DNA of 64,000 bases from Centroscyllium fabricii (GCA_051313645.2 JBNRSN020000148.1:558001-622000); one strand, 5' to 3'. Numbered from the stretch's first letter, positions 1 through 11,925 are shown. Numbers and translations: made by a program. The notes: generated from the letters alone by a model not told the origin.

Positions 1-147
1 TAATAACCCGATTCCATTGGGAATCAACTCCGACAGGTCACAGTCGAATAAGGTCTTTGAAGGAGAGAGTGAAAATATGGCCAGAGATAATTAGATGTGT
101 TGCTGGATAGAGATGGTTTGAGGGTTTTGGTGATAAGGTGGGATTTA

Positions 148-392
148 GGGATATGGGGAGAAGTTGAGGTTGAGGGATATGGGGAGAGGGTGGAGGTTGA
201 GGGCTATGGGGAGAGGGTGGAGGTTGAGGATATTGGGAGAAGGTGTGTAGGTGGGATTGAGGGCTATGGGGAGAGGGTGAGGTTGAGGGCTATGGGGAGA
301 GGGTGAGGTTGAGGATATTGGGAGAAGGTGTGTAGGTGGGATTGAGGGCTATGGGGAGAGGGTGAGGTTGAGGGCTATGGAGAGGAGGTAGG
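148..392 (+). repeat. G-rich degenerate tandem repeat (GAGGGCTATGGGGAGAGGGTG(G)AGGTT-like)
   Basis: Repeated 26-35 bp units visible directly. Confidence 0.8.
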
Positions 393-713
393 GTTGGGAC
401 TACTGGACTTTTCCTGATGCTAAAAACCATTATGTGACTGTATGATGCAGTCATTTACTTTGCAGAATAATATATAAAGGGTAAACTCGGTGAATGGAGG
501 ATCCCAGCCGTGCAATGGGGTTCGATGACCCCCATGGTGGTTGACTCAAACTGCAGTGCCATCGATCACGGGTCCATGTTGGGCGTCATCCCACATGATT
601 CCCAGCTGTCTGAAAGCCTTCCTCGGTACTCCTGGCACTCCTGTCTCCTGTTTGATTGAGGGAAAGGCCCATTTTCCTGCTACCCAGCTAACCTGTTTCT
701 TCTGTTGCTCTAG

Positions 714-767
714 GGAAAGCTCGGTGTTCCAGGGTTGCCGGGATACCCAGGAAGACAAGGCCCAAAA
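714..767 (+). CDS. COL5A1-like: Clade B fibrillar collagen (alpha-1(V)-like) helix exon A, 54 bp
   Basis: tag|GKLGVPGLPGYPGRQGPK|gtaagt; phase 0; matches the conserved type V/XI collagen sequence. Confidence 0.95.
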
Positions 768-865
768 GTAAGTGAACCTGCTTTAGTCGAGCGGCTGTTC
801 CTATCAGTAGCTGCTGGCGCTCCTCGCTTTCTTTTAATGATTTTTCTCTCTCTCTGTCTTTCCAG

Positions 866-919
866 GGTTCGATTGGATTCCCAGGATTTCCGGGAGCAAA
901 TGGCGAGAAAGGAGTGAGG
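866..919 (+). CDS. COL5A1-like: Collagen helix exon B, 54 bp
   Basis: cag|GSIGFPGFPGANGEKGVR|gtaggt. Confidence 0.95.
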
Positions 920-1127
920 GTAGGTCTCTGCTCAATAACCGGCAGATGCTACGTGGGAAATGTGTCACGTTCTGCCATCCAGAAAGGTTTTATTTAGAGG
1001 AACTGAGTCGCGAAGCCAGAGGCAGGAGGGGTGACGGGTTGTTAAAGGAGAGGATTTGTGTTAAAAAGATTCTTCCTGTTTTCCCACAACTCGGTGAGGA
1101 ACTGCCCTGCCCACTGTGATACTGACG

Positions 1128-1352
1128 CCCACAGTGCAGGGTACAGACTGGGTTAGAAAGGGCCCCGCCCCACAGTGTAGGGTACAGACTGGGTTAGAAA
1201 GGGCCCCACCCCACAGTGCAGGGTACAGACTGGGATGGAAAGGGCCCCACCCCACAGTGCAGGGTACAGACTGGGTTAGAAAGGGCCCATCCCCACAGTG
1301 CAGGGTACAGACTGGGTTAGAAAGGGCCCAGCTCCACTGTGTAGGGTACAGA
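1128..1352 (+). repeat. 41-bp minisatellite, about 5.5 copies
   Basis: Unit CCCACAGTGCAGGGTACAGACTGGGTTAGAAAGGGCCCCAC. Confidence 0.9.
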
Positions 1353-1390
1353 GGAATGACGAGGGAACTGTTGCCCCATTGGATGATTCC

Positions 1391-2532
1391 CATCAAGGAG
1401 CCCTGGCAAAGCTGAAGTCAATGGGAATCAAGGGGAAAACTCTCCATTGGTTGGAATCATACCTAGCACAAAGGAAGTTGGCTGTGGTTGTTGGAGGTCA
1501 TTCATCTCAACCACAGGACATCACTGCAGGAGTTCCTCAGGGCAGTGTCCTAGGCCCAACCATCTTCAGCTGTTTCATCAATGACCTTCCCTCCATCATA
1601 AGGTCAGAAGTGGGGATGTTTGCTGATGATTGCACACTGTTCAGCACCATTCGAAACTCGTCGGATACTGACGCAGTCTGTGTCCATATGCAGCAAGACC
1701 TGGACAACATTCAGACTTGGGCTGACAAGTGGCAAGTAACATTCGCACCACACAAGTGCCAGGCAATGACCATCTCCAACAAGCGAGACTCTAACCATCT
1801 CCCCTTGACATTCAATGGCATTACCATCACTGAATCCCCCACTATCAGCATCCTGGGGGGTTACCATTGATCAGAAACTGAACTGGACCAGCCATATAAA
1901 TACTGTGGCTACAAGAGCAGGCCAGAGGCTGGGAATTCTGCGGCGAGTGTCTCACCTCCTGACTCCCCAAAGCCTTTCCACCATCTACAAGGCACAAGTC
2001 AGGAGTGTGATGGAATACTCTCCACTTGCCTGGATGAGTGCAGCTCCAACAACACTCAAGAAGCTCGACACCATTCAGGATAAGGCAGGCCGCTTGATTG
2101 GCACTCCATCCACCACCTCCAACATTCACTCCCTCCACCACCGGTGCACTGGCTGCAGTGTGTACCATCTACAAGATGCACTGCAGCAACTCGCCAAAGC
2201 TCCTTCAACAGCACCTTCCAAACCCGCGACCTCTACCACTTAGAAGGACAAGGGCAGCAGACGCATGGGAACGGCACCACCTACAAGTTCCCCCTCCAAG
2301 CCACACACCATCGTGACTTGGACCTGTATCGCCGCTCCTTCACTGTCGCTGGGCCAAAATCCTGGAACGCCCTTCCTAACAACATTGTGGGTGTACCTAC
2401 ACCATATGGACTGCAGCGGTTCAAGAAGGCGGCTCACCACCATCTTCTCAAGGGCAATTAGGGATGGGCACTAAATGCAGGCCTAGCCAGCCAGCGACGC
2501 CCACATCCCATCAATGAATAATTTAAAAAAAA
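1391..2532 (+). mobile_element. 5'-truncated non-LTR retrotransposon (RTE-X-like), C-terminal RT and 3' end, frameshifted
   Basis: GVPQGSVLGP and FADD RT motifs, YKAQVRSVMEY; ends HHHLLKGN* followed by a short UTR and A-rich tail; clade assignment is inference. Confidence 0.88.
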
Positions 2533-3984
2533 TCATATTCCACTGAATAGTTTTGTAAACAAGTTAGATGGAAATGCAGGAAAAGCAGGGGCCATCATAC
2601 TTCAAGGGTGACTTATGATTCAAAGTTGGACTTTGGGGGTGGAGGGGGAAGAGTAATGTAAGGTGACAAAGACGGAGAGCAGTTTATGCAGTGTGTTGAG
2701 GTTTGGTTTCCAGATCAATCTGAGGGAAACCCTTGGGTCAGGATTGAATGGCGAGATACTGGCCCCACAGAATTCTTAAAATAAAATCCCAAAATCTTGC
2801 ACGGCCCCTTTGAGGCCTGCTGGTTAGTCCTCTCGCCGCCTGGGGGATGGGATTGACACACTCCGCCCCGTTCTCCTTGAAAGTTGCGATTGGGTTCCTG
2901 CAAATGGAGCAGGATCTGAGTTGCTTGTTTAAAGGGCCCTCCCGCCTGTTTTTAGGTCGGGAGTGCTGGCCGTCCATCTACAGGCCTTGGCCTCCATAGG
3001 ATCCTGACCCAGCTCATGCTGGCATCTTCCGCCTCCCCTCGGCCCGACTCCCCGCAGAAACTCTGATCCATTCCAACCAGCGAGAGTCTGAGCAGCAGGA
3101 GCAACTGCCGGCAGTGTTTTGGGATGTTGATCATTCCGGAACCGTCACAATGAGCCAGGCTGATTATCCAACTCGTTTAATCCAGGGAGATGTTGGTAGG
3201 CTACAGGAAGCCGAGTCTGGAACACAGTCAGGCTAAGTGCTGCTTCGTCAGCCAGCGGAGCATTCCATTTGGGCTTTTGCCAGAATGTGGGTACAAGGTC
3301 GGATGGCTGTTGATCTCAGTCCAATGGAAGCTTGTTGGATTCAGCAGTTTCTGGCATCGTGTGACAGTGTCGATCAGGGACATCCTCAGTACCGTCTCTG
3401 ATCATCAGACTCCGCACTGCAGCTCCTTCGTAAGGGAATTAAATCCTATTTTAATTATTTCAATGTGACTCCCTTACAAAGGGGGCCCCTGGGGGTGGGG
3501 GCAGCCACAATCCTCAATTTGTTCCAGGGAGATTCCCAGCAAGTCCATCCTCCGCTGCCACCTCCTACCCTCTTCGGCCAGCGGGTATCTGAGATGTTCC
3601 TCCAGTAACGTGGGCACCAGACGTTGCACCTCAAATAAAGGGGCCTTCTCCCCCGTCCTCCTGAACCCCTCCAACCTTGGCAAGGTCATTGGGAGGGTGG
3701 GGGAGAGGAGTGGGGGGGTGGCGGTGGGAGGAGGCATGGTTAAAGTCTCCCGGTCCATCTGCGGACTCCAAGGCGAGAGAGTCCCAGCTCACCAGAGCCC
3801 CTCAGACAGTTTCCTCTCCCAGTGGTCGCCCGTCTCGGATCTCAGGCTGTTGAGTTTATGTTTTATAAATAAGACCGGAGCCAGGATCGCAGTGTTAGCA
3901 GCTGGTGTTTCATACGCTGGTTTGAGGTTCCTATGCTCACTGATTCAAGGGGCATTGACCCATTTAAAATGAAGGAGTTCCAGT

Positions 3985-4460
3985 TGTAGAAAGCTCTGGT
4001 CAGACCCCACCTGGAGTCACTGTGTTCAGATCTGGGCCCCGCCCCTCAGGAAGGATATATCGACCTCCGAGAGGGAGCAGCCCAGATTCACCAGGGGTGG
4101 TGATGTCGGGAAGCACTTCTTCACACAAAGAGGAGTGGAAATTTGGAACTCTTCCCCCGCAAAAAGCTGTGGATACTGGGGGCCAATTGAAAATTTAAAA
4201 ACTGAGATTGAGAGATTTTTGTTGGGTAAGATTTTTGTGGCTTTGAGCCCAAGATCAGCCATGATCTTACTGAATGGCGGAGCAGGCTCGAGGGGCCGTG
4301 TGGCCGAGCAGGCTCGAGGGGCCGTGTGGCGGAGCAGGCTCGAGGGGCCGTGTGGCGGAGCAGGCTCGAGGGGCCGTGTGGCCGAGCAGGCTCGAGGGGC
4401 CGTGTGGCCGAGCAGGCTCGAGGGGCCGTGTGGCCGACTCCTGCTCCTGTTTCTGGTGTA
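3985..4460 (+). mobile_element. Decayed CR1 LINE 3' fragment containing a 26-bp x6 tandem expansion (4276-4436)
   Basis: LVRPHLE-like and FFTQR..IWNS remnants; tail ATCAGCCATGATCTTACTGAATGGCGGAGCAGGCTCG. Confidence 0.8.
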
Positions 4461-4499
4461 CGGGTATTGATGGAAATGGAGCAAAGACCTGTAAATGGA

Positions 4500-4745
4500 G
4501 TTACAACAACTTCTTGCCTTTACACAGCATCTTTAACCTTGTAAAACGCCCCAGGACGCTTCACAGAAGCGTAAATCAGCCAAAATTCGACACCGAGCCA
4601 CAGCAGGAGATATTAGGAGAGGGAACGGGTAGATATTAAGGAGGAGAGAGAGTTAAAGAGGGGGCGAGGTTCAGAAGGGAATTAAAGAGCTTCGGGCCTT
4701 GACAGCTGAAAGCACGGCCGCCAATGGTGGAGCGATTAAAATACA
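4500..4745 (-). mobile_element. L2-like LINE 3' fragment
   Basis: Minus strand reads RSTIGGRAFSCQGPKLFNSL, typical of the L2 ORF2 C-terminus; similar to 50440-50770. Confidence 0.6.
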
Positions 4746-6142
4746 GATTAGCCAAAAATGGTGGAACAGGCTCCTTTAAGAGGCAGAGGGAGGTTAAACA
4801 GATGAGTAAAGATTGAGAAGGCTTGTGTCTGTCCACTCTTATTGCAGTTGCAGCGTGCAAAATCCGTCCATTAAACAACATCTGTTCTCTGGCCAGGCGT
4901 AGTTTATATTCAGAGATCCTCGGGAGGCTCTGCTGGGAACAGCTGCCTTAGCTGTTTGATTTCTTTAACTGCATCAGATTTGTTATCCTGCCAAATCTGA
5001 GCGTACAGAGCCAGGAAACAAACATAAATCTTGAGTGCTGGAAACACTGGTAGGAGGTCCCTGGAGATGGAGCTCTCTACAAGGGCCAGAGTTCAGGGCT
5101 TGGAATTCTGTGGATTTTCTACTTTAGTTTTTCAACAGCAGCACAGAGTTCACACCCCAGGGCACGGGACTTAGGGAGTTAGGAACAGGAAGGGCGAGTT
5201 GGGAGAGATATGGAGCACTGTTGGGTTGGGTTAGAGTTGGGTTAGAGCGTCACAGAGTTCGGACCTCCAGGGAGTCGGGATGGCCTTGGCTTGGCGCTCC
5301 GGGGAGCCTGTGTTGAGCGCCTGGAGGAGAGCTAGGCCCCAGGCCTTGGTCCGGACCTCAGAGCTCGGGGGAGCCGGGATTGGGCACCTGGAGGAGAGCC
5401 AGGCTAGGCCCCAGGCCTTGGTCCGGAGTTCGGAGCTCAGGGGAGCTGGGATGGCGCTTGGAGGAAGGCTAGGCCCCAGGCCTCAGGACGCTGCACCCGG
5501 AGTTCGGAGCTCCGTGGATTCGGGGGAGCCGGCATGGTGTCGGGCAGAAAGGAGTCAAGTGAAGAGTAACCATGGAAGAAACAGCGGCAGAGCGAGTTAA
5601 CGGAGCGGTAGAGGACAATTACCATCAAATTGAGTAACCAGAGCAGGAACGGGACCCACGATGATGGCGCCGGAGAATGGCTGACGTCTTGCGGGCTCGT
5701 TCGTGCCGGGCAGCTTAATGTCCTTGTTGCGCGCTTGTTGCACGGTGCGTTCGGGTAGCAGTAAGCATTTCACTGTCTAAATTGTATTTAAACATGTGAC
5801 AATAAAACTGAACTTGAACTTGAACAACGCCCCCCCCCCCCCCCCCCTCACCCATGCAGCACCAGCCAGTATTGATAATGCCATCAAAGTCCAGGACACC
5901 TCCTAGTTGGATCTTTAAGACTGAGTCCATGTCTAGTCACAGGAAGCATCCAACCCCTGCTCCTCATAGAATCGTAGTCTCACAGCACAGGAGGAGGCCA
6001 TTCGGCCCATCGTGCCTGTGCCGGCTCTTTGAACGAGCTCTCCAATCAGTCCCACTCCCCCCGCTCTTTCCCCACAGCCCTGTGAATTTCTCCTTTTCAA
6101 GTATTTCTTGTGGTAACCGTAATTACCATCTGTATATAGTTA

Positions 6143-6378
6143 TGTAGCGCTTGCAGGACCCAAGAACCACACAGGAGCCGGAGAGACAGATAACACTTGT
6201 TTAATTAACACTACATAGCAAGAAAGAGACTGAACCACGAGGAGCAGGCTTATTTAAACTATCCGCTTAGTGACCTCATCACGCCGAGAGATGTGGTGAC
6301 ATCATTGCGTCACCCGGTGGGCGGGGCTATGCCCCGCAGAACTCCCGAGGCGGATTCGTCAGTCGGCGTACCGCCACA
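6143..6378 (-). repeat. Gypsy 3' LTR, 236 bp
   Basis: Direct repeat of 10332-10566; preceded on the minus strand by the PPT TCTGGGGGGAGCTG. Confidence 0.95.
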
Positions 6379-6415
6379 CAGCTCCCCCCAGAATCCGTCC
6401 GAGAGGAGAAAGAGT

Positions 6416-9400
6416 CTATGTGAGGCGTTGTGGTGGCCGTAAGATGCGGCCGGCACGTGTCGTGCATTGCTCCTGGTTCTGCGGTGGAGTGTGGGCGGGT
6501 GTTGGTGCGGGAGGGCGTCCGCATTGAGGTGGTTGGGTGGGGACTGTCGCGTCGCCCGCTATAACGTGTGCCGGTTTTAGCCGGTCGATAGAGACAGTTT
6601 CTGTCCGATTGCCCAGCTGTAGCTGAAAAGCTTTGGATCCCGCCCGAAGCACTCTGTAGGGGCCGTCATAAGGTGGCCGTAGTGGTGAGCGATGGGCGTC
6701 GTGCCGGACAAACACGTACTTTGCGTGCTTGATGCTGTCCAGTACACGTGCCGCCGGCTCTCCGTGCCGGGCCACCGGTAAGGGTGTGAACGCTCGTGCC
6801 GGGTTGGCAAAGCCCTTGAGGAACTGGTCGGCCGACCAGGGAGCGTTTGATTCGGCGAGGAACTCGCCCGGCACTCTTAAAGTCTGGCCGTAGACGAGTT
6901 CTGCTGCTGAGGCGTGTAGATCTTCTTTGGCCGCCGAGCGTAGTCCGAGCAGTACCCACGGAAGACGGTCAGTCCATGATGCGTCTTTGAGGCTGGCCCG
7001 CAGGGATGCTTTCATGGAGCGGTGGAACCTTTCGCAGAGCCCGTTAGCTTGTGGGTGGTATGCGGTGGTTCGATGCAGGGTCACCCCGAGGTCGCGGGCG
7101 ATGGCCGCCCATAGTGCCGACGTAAATTGGGGACCTCTGTCCGACGTGATGTCAGTGGGCACGCCGAAACGGGCGACCCAAGTGGCGATGAACGCCCTGG
7201 CCAAGTCCGTGGTGTTGGTAGCAACCAGGGGGACTGCTTCTGGCCAGCGAGTGTTGCGGTCGACCATGGTCATGACGTGTGTGTGGCCCCGGGATGGCGG
7301 TAGTGGTCCGACGAGATCGACATGGACGTGGTCGAAGCGTCTGGCCGGCACGGTAAATGTTTCCAGCGGGGCCTTGATGTGCTTGTGCACCTTGGCGCGC
7401 TGGCAGGCGATGCAGGCGTTGGTCCATGCGCGGACGTCTTTGCGTAGGCCGCGCCACACAAAACGGGCCAAAATAAGTTTAATGGAGGCGCGGGAGCCGG
7501 GGTGGGACAGGCCATGGAGGGTCTCGAAAATGCGCCGCCTCCATGCGTGGGGGACGACGGGTCTGGGCTGCGGTAACGATACGTCGCAGCAGACTACGGT
7601 GGCCGCGGGGCCATGTGCGATGTTGGCCAAGCGTAGGCCAGGGAGGTTTTCTGCTGGGTCGAGCAGGTCTGGGTCTGCCAGCTGGTCTGCTGCCAGCTTG
7701 GCGTAGTCGACCGCCATTTGGGCGGCGTTAATTGTGGGACGTGCCAGGCAGTCAGCAACCACGTTGTCGCGGCCGGAGATGTGTTGGATGTCGGTAGTGA
7801 ACTCCGACATGGCTGCGAGTTGGCGCTGCTGCCTGGCCGACCAGGGTTCGGCGATCTTAGCCATTGCAAAAATGAGCGGCTAATGATCGACGAAAGCTGT
7901 GAAGGGACGGCCCTCCAGGAGGAAGCGAAAATGGCGCACCGCGAGGTAGAGAGCGAGGAGCTCCCTGTCGAAGGCGCAGTACTTAACCTCCGGGGGCCGT
8001 AGTTGCCGGCTGAAAAAGGCCAGGGGCTGCCAGGAGTTGCCCGCCCACTGTTCGAAAACGGCCCCGACAGCGTGGTCGGAGGCGTCAGTGGTGAGGGCCA
8101 CTCTGGCGTTGGGGCTTTGGTGGGCTAGGAGGGTGGCGTTGGCCAGGGCGGTCTTGGTTGCGGTAAAGGCGGTGGCGGCGTCGGCCGTCCACTCGACCGC
8201 AGTTTTGCCGGACTGCCCGCGTGTGGCCTGGTATAGGGGAGCCATGAGAGCGACTGGACCTGGGATGAAGCGGTTATAGAAGTTAACCATCCCGAGGAAC
8301 TCCTGCAGGCCCTCAATGGAGTGCGGGCGGGGTAATTCCTGAACTGCCTGCACTTTGGAGGGCAGGGGTATGGCCCCGGTTTTGGAAATGCGGTGGTCGA
8401 GGAAGTCTATGATCTCTAGGCCGAATTTGCATTTAGAGGGGCTTAATATGAGGCCGTGTTCGGTCAGGCGCTGGAACAGGGTCCTGAGATGCAGGAGGTG
8501 CTCCTGGGGGGAGGTGCTGGCCACGAGGATGTCGTCTAAGTAGACGAAAATGAACTGCAAGTCCCGTAGGACCGACTCCATTAGTCGCTGAAAGGCCTGG
8601 GCCGCGTTTTTGAGTCCAAAGGGCATCCTGAGGAACTCGAACAGGCCGAAGGGGGTAATTATGGCTGTCTTAGGGACATCCGCCGGGTGCACCAGGACCT
8701 GGTGGTAGCCACGCACCAGGTCGATCTTGGAGAAGATCGTGCAGCCCGCTAGCCTGGCAGAGAAATCCTGGATGTGGGGTACGGGGTACCTATCCGGGGT
8801 GGTGGCGTTGTTGAGGCGACGGTAGTCGCCGCAGGGGCGCCAACCCCCGGCCGGCTTGGGGGCGATGTGGAGGGGAGAGGCCCAGGGGCTGCTGGAGCGG
8901 CGGATTATGCCGAGTTGCTCCATAGTGCGGAACTCGGTGCGCGCAATCTCCAGCTTGGCCGGGTCGAGCCTGCGGGCGTGGGCATGCACAGGAGGGCCGG
9001 TGGTGGTGATAAAGTGTTCTACCCCGTGTTTGGCCGTGCAGGCGGTGAAGGTGGGATTGGTAAGGGCTGGGAACTCAGCGAGGAGCGTGCCGTACGCGTC
9101 AGAGTTCCGGGCGCGGCATTGTGCCGCCGCGTGGGCCAGGAGTGCGGGCCCTGTGGAGCATGGGATGGTCGACATATTGTGAATGTCGACCAGGCGGCGC
9201 CGGGTCATGTCGACCAGGAGGCCGTGGGCGCAGAGGAAATCTGCCCCGAGGAGGGGTGAAGTGACCTGGGCCGTAACAAACTCCCAGTGGTACGTGTGGC
9301 CGGCAAGCTGGATTGTGAGCTTGCGGGTGCCGTACGTTTTGATATCCGAGCCGTTGGCCGCTGCGAGTGGCGGGCCCCGGGTGCCTTTTTTGACTTCTGC

Positions 9401-10240
9401 GGGGGAGGCTGGCACGATGCTGTGCTGTGCGCCTGTGTCGCAGAGGAACCGGAGGCCTGTGCCGCTGTCTGTGACATAGAGCAGTGCTCCAGTGTGTCCT
9501 ACAGACATAGTGGGGGTTGGGCCGGGCCGTGGCTTGAATGTGCAGGGCTGGACGCAGCGGTGCGCTTTGGTGTCGAACCGCGTGTGGTAGTAGCACCAAC
9601 CGGTGCTTGATGGACGCGGTAGCTTGGGAGGGCGCGGGGGCCTGGGTTCAGGCGTTGGGTTGGACCTGGGGGGCGAGTGGTTGTGCTCGACTGCCGCGGC
9701 AGTGAGGTCGCACGTGGCGGAGCGGGTGCGCTCGGCCGCCATGAGCCTGTCGGCTTCCTCAGCTAGCTCGTCCCCGCTCCGGTGGCAGAAGGCCGCCAGG
9801 GCCGGTCTGATGGAGCGGGGCAGGTTAAGGAGGAATATGGTGCGGAACAGGGAGGCGGGATCGGCGGTGAGCGCTTGCATTTGGCCCCAAAGGTCCGATG
9901 GGTCTGCGTCCCCGAGTTCGGGGAGGTTAAGGAGTTGGCAGTCGCGCTCGAACTGGGAGGGGGTGAATTTTTTAAGTAGCGTGGCCTTGAGGAACTCATA
10001 CCTGCCTGCTGCGGGCACGCGCTGAAGCTTCGACCACATCCGATCGATCGTAGATTGCGGTAGGGCCGAGAAGACCAGGTCGTAGCGGTCGTCCCCCTGG
10101 ATGCCATGTGTGCGGCAGCTGGTCTCTATACACATAAACCACGCTGCCGGGCGTTGCTCCCAGAACTCCGGTAGAGTTAGTCTGTGCCCAGGGTTCTGGC
10201 CAAGTCCTTGTGATCGAGAAGCTTGGTTTCTTGAAGACAT
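6416..10240 (-). pseudogene. Gypsy gag-pol, single frame with one in-frame TAG at 7880-7882
   Basis: Gag LPEFW..PAAWF and C-x2-H-x9-C-x3-C; protease LCDTGA; RT YLDD; RNase H TDAS..DRELLA..DH*PL; integrase H-H-C-C, DLVGP, SDRG, GLCE; GPY motif. ORFs 7880-10240 and 6416-7864 are in the same frame. Confidence 0.93.
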
Positions 10241-10320
10241 GTTGTTTTTGGAAGTGTTCTGAGGCTGCTTGGTTTTCAGTCCTGTAGCTGCTGTTTTCTC
10301 CTTGGAAGACGTTCCAAGTT

Positions 10321-10330
10321 GGGGTCACCA
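10321..10330 (-). promoter_or_regulatory. Primer-binding site for tRNA-Trp
   Basis: Minus strand TGGTGACCCC, 1 nt after the 5' LTR, complementary to the tRNA-Trp 3' end GGGGTCACCA. Confidence 0.85.
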
Positions 10331-10331
10331 C

Positions 10332-10566
10332 TGTAGCGCTTGCAGGACCGAAGAACCACACAGGAGCCGGAGAGACAGATAACACTTGTTTAATTAACAC
10401 TACATAGCAAGAAAGAGACTGAACCACGAGGAGCAGGCTTATTTAAACTACCCGCTTAGTGACCTCATCACGCCGAGAGACGTGGTGACGTCATCGCGTC
10501 ACCCGGGGGCGGGGCTATGCCCCGCAGAACTCCCGAGGCGGATTCATCAGTCGGCGTACCGCCACA
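10332..10566 (-). repeat. Gypsy 5' LTR, 235 bp
   Basis: Direct repeat of 6143-6378; followed on the minus strand by the PBS. Confidence 0.95.
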
Positions 10567-11131
10567 GTTATGTGTTCATCGGCGGCTCTGTACATTGTGG
10601 GTTCATATATGGATGTATTCACCTGTAACCCTGTATATTGTGTGTAAGGCCAGGTCAGCCACACCTCTAACTCCTCCCCTCAGGTGGGAGCTTATAAGTG
10701 AGGGCCGCCCTGCCCCCGCTCATTCTGGCCTTGAACTCGACAGGAGACTAGCTCCATTATAAGTTAATAAAAGCCTGTAGTTAAGGTAACTACTCGTCTT
10801 TCTTGTCTTGATTGACGATACGTCATTTCTCCAATTCCCTTTTGAAAGTTCCTATTGAATCTGCTTCCACCGCCCTTTCAGGCAGCGCGTTCCAGATCAC
10901 AACAACTCGCTGTAAAAACATTCTCCTCATCTCCCCTCTGGTTCTTTTACCGATTATCTTCACTCTGTGTCCTCTGGCCACCGACCCTCCCGCCACTGGA
11001 AACAGTTTCTCCACATTTACTCATCAAACCCCTCATGATTTTAAACACCTTTGTTAAATCGACCCTTCACCTTCTCTGCTCTAAGGAGAATGACCCCAGC
11101 TTCTGTAGTCCTGCAAAGGAAAAAAAAAAAT

Positions 11132-11904
11132 GAGCCGTATTTTGCGACCCCCACGGGTGCCTATGAGGTACGCACGCGCCCGTAGGGGCAGCGCAATTTC
11201 AGGTTTAGGCAGGCGAAGCGCACGCACGTAAACCCAGAACTTGCGATCTGTCAACTCCGCATTCCTGGGGGAAAGGCCTCCGCGGCTGGAGAGTTGCGCT
11301 ATTTCCCCAACTTCCGCCCGCTGAATGTCCGTGACATTCTTACACCTGGTAAATGCAGTGTACAGCCTGCTTTCACCAGAATAAGAGTTTTAAAAATAGA
11401 AAAATCAAATGTTATCACTCATGTATATATTAAAAACCCTGTTCAATGAGTTAAGTTGATTTTTTGCCCCTTTAAAACATATTTAAAAAATATATATTTT
11501 GTTTAAACTATTTCATTAAATGGCATTTTAATTAATTTTAAATATGTCATTATAAAAAATTATTTCATGTGTTTGTGTATTTTTTAAGTGATCCCCATTC
11601 ATACCTATGGGGATTCCGTACATACGGAACTATCATAAGTATGAATGGGGATTCCCTTCTTTTATTGGTTGGGCCGCCCACGTGATGCTGGGGTGCTTGC
11701 AAACCGCATACGCTCCTGGGACATGTGGGCCTCTGCCCGTGCGGACCCAGAGAGACCCAGGACCGTGCGTCTCCATACCTCCCGGACCACGCACGGACCC
11801 AGAGAGACCCAGGATCGCGAGTCTCCATACCTCCCGGACCACCAGGAAAATCCGTAGGGTTTTTACAAGTTCACGGGAAGCCTCCGACCGCAAATTTTGG
11901 GCCA
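11132..11904. mobile_element. Probable non-autonomous DNA transposon (Harbinger-like MITE)
   Basis: Imperfect TIRs GAGCCGTATTTTGCG / CGCAAATTTTGGGCC; GC-rich arms, AT-rich core, internal palindrome at 11591-11651. Confidence 0.55.
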
Positions 11905-11925
11905 ATGTTTTTCCCAGCAGGTCCT

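Larger units (their letters stand above)
6143..10566 (-). mobile_element. Full-length Ty3/Gypsy LTR retrotransposon, CsRn1/Kabuki-type, 4424 bp
   Basis: LTRs at 6143-6378 and 10332-10566 (TG..CA, about 7 differences), 4-bp TSD GTTA, PBS and PPT present, domain order gag-PR-RT-RH-IN. Confidence 0.96.
6109..10825 (+). mobile_element. Solo LTR of about 289 bp (6109-6142 plus 10571-10825), interrupted by the Gypsy element
   Basis: TG...CA termini, TATAA-like box, AATAAA, 5-bp TSD TTTCT at 6104-6108 and 10826-10830. Confidence 0.8.
5966..11105 (-). mobile_element. CR1 LINE 3' fragment split into 5966-6108 and 10826-11105 by nested LTR insertions
   Basis: RGHRVKIIGKRTRGEMRRMFLQRVVVIWNALP on the minus strand; the halves rejoin as ...TTCAAGTATTTCT/CCAATTCCC... 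Confidence 0.85.

Noticed and set aside
2700-3900. Unique-looking stretches with short ORFs (also about 15400-15800 and 60560-60930)
   Set aside because: No recognisable protein motif, RNA-gene boxes or element termini that I can support without a search.
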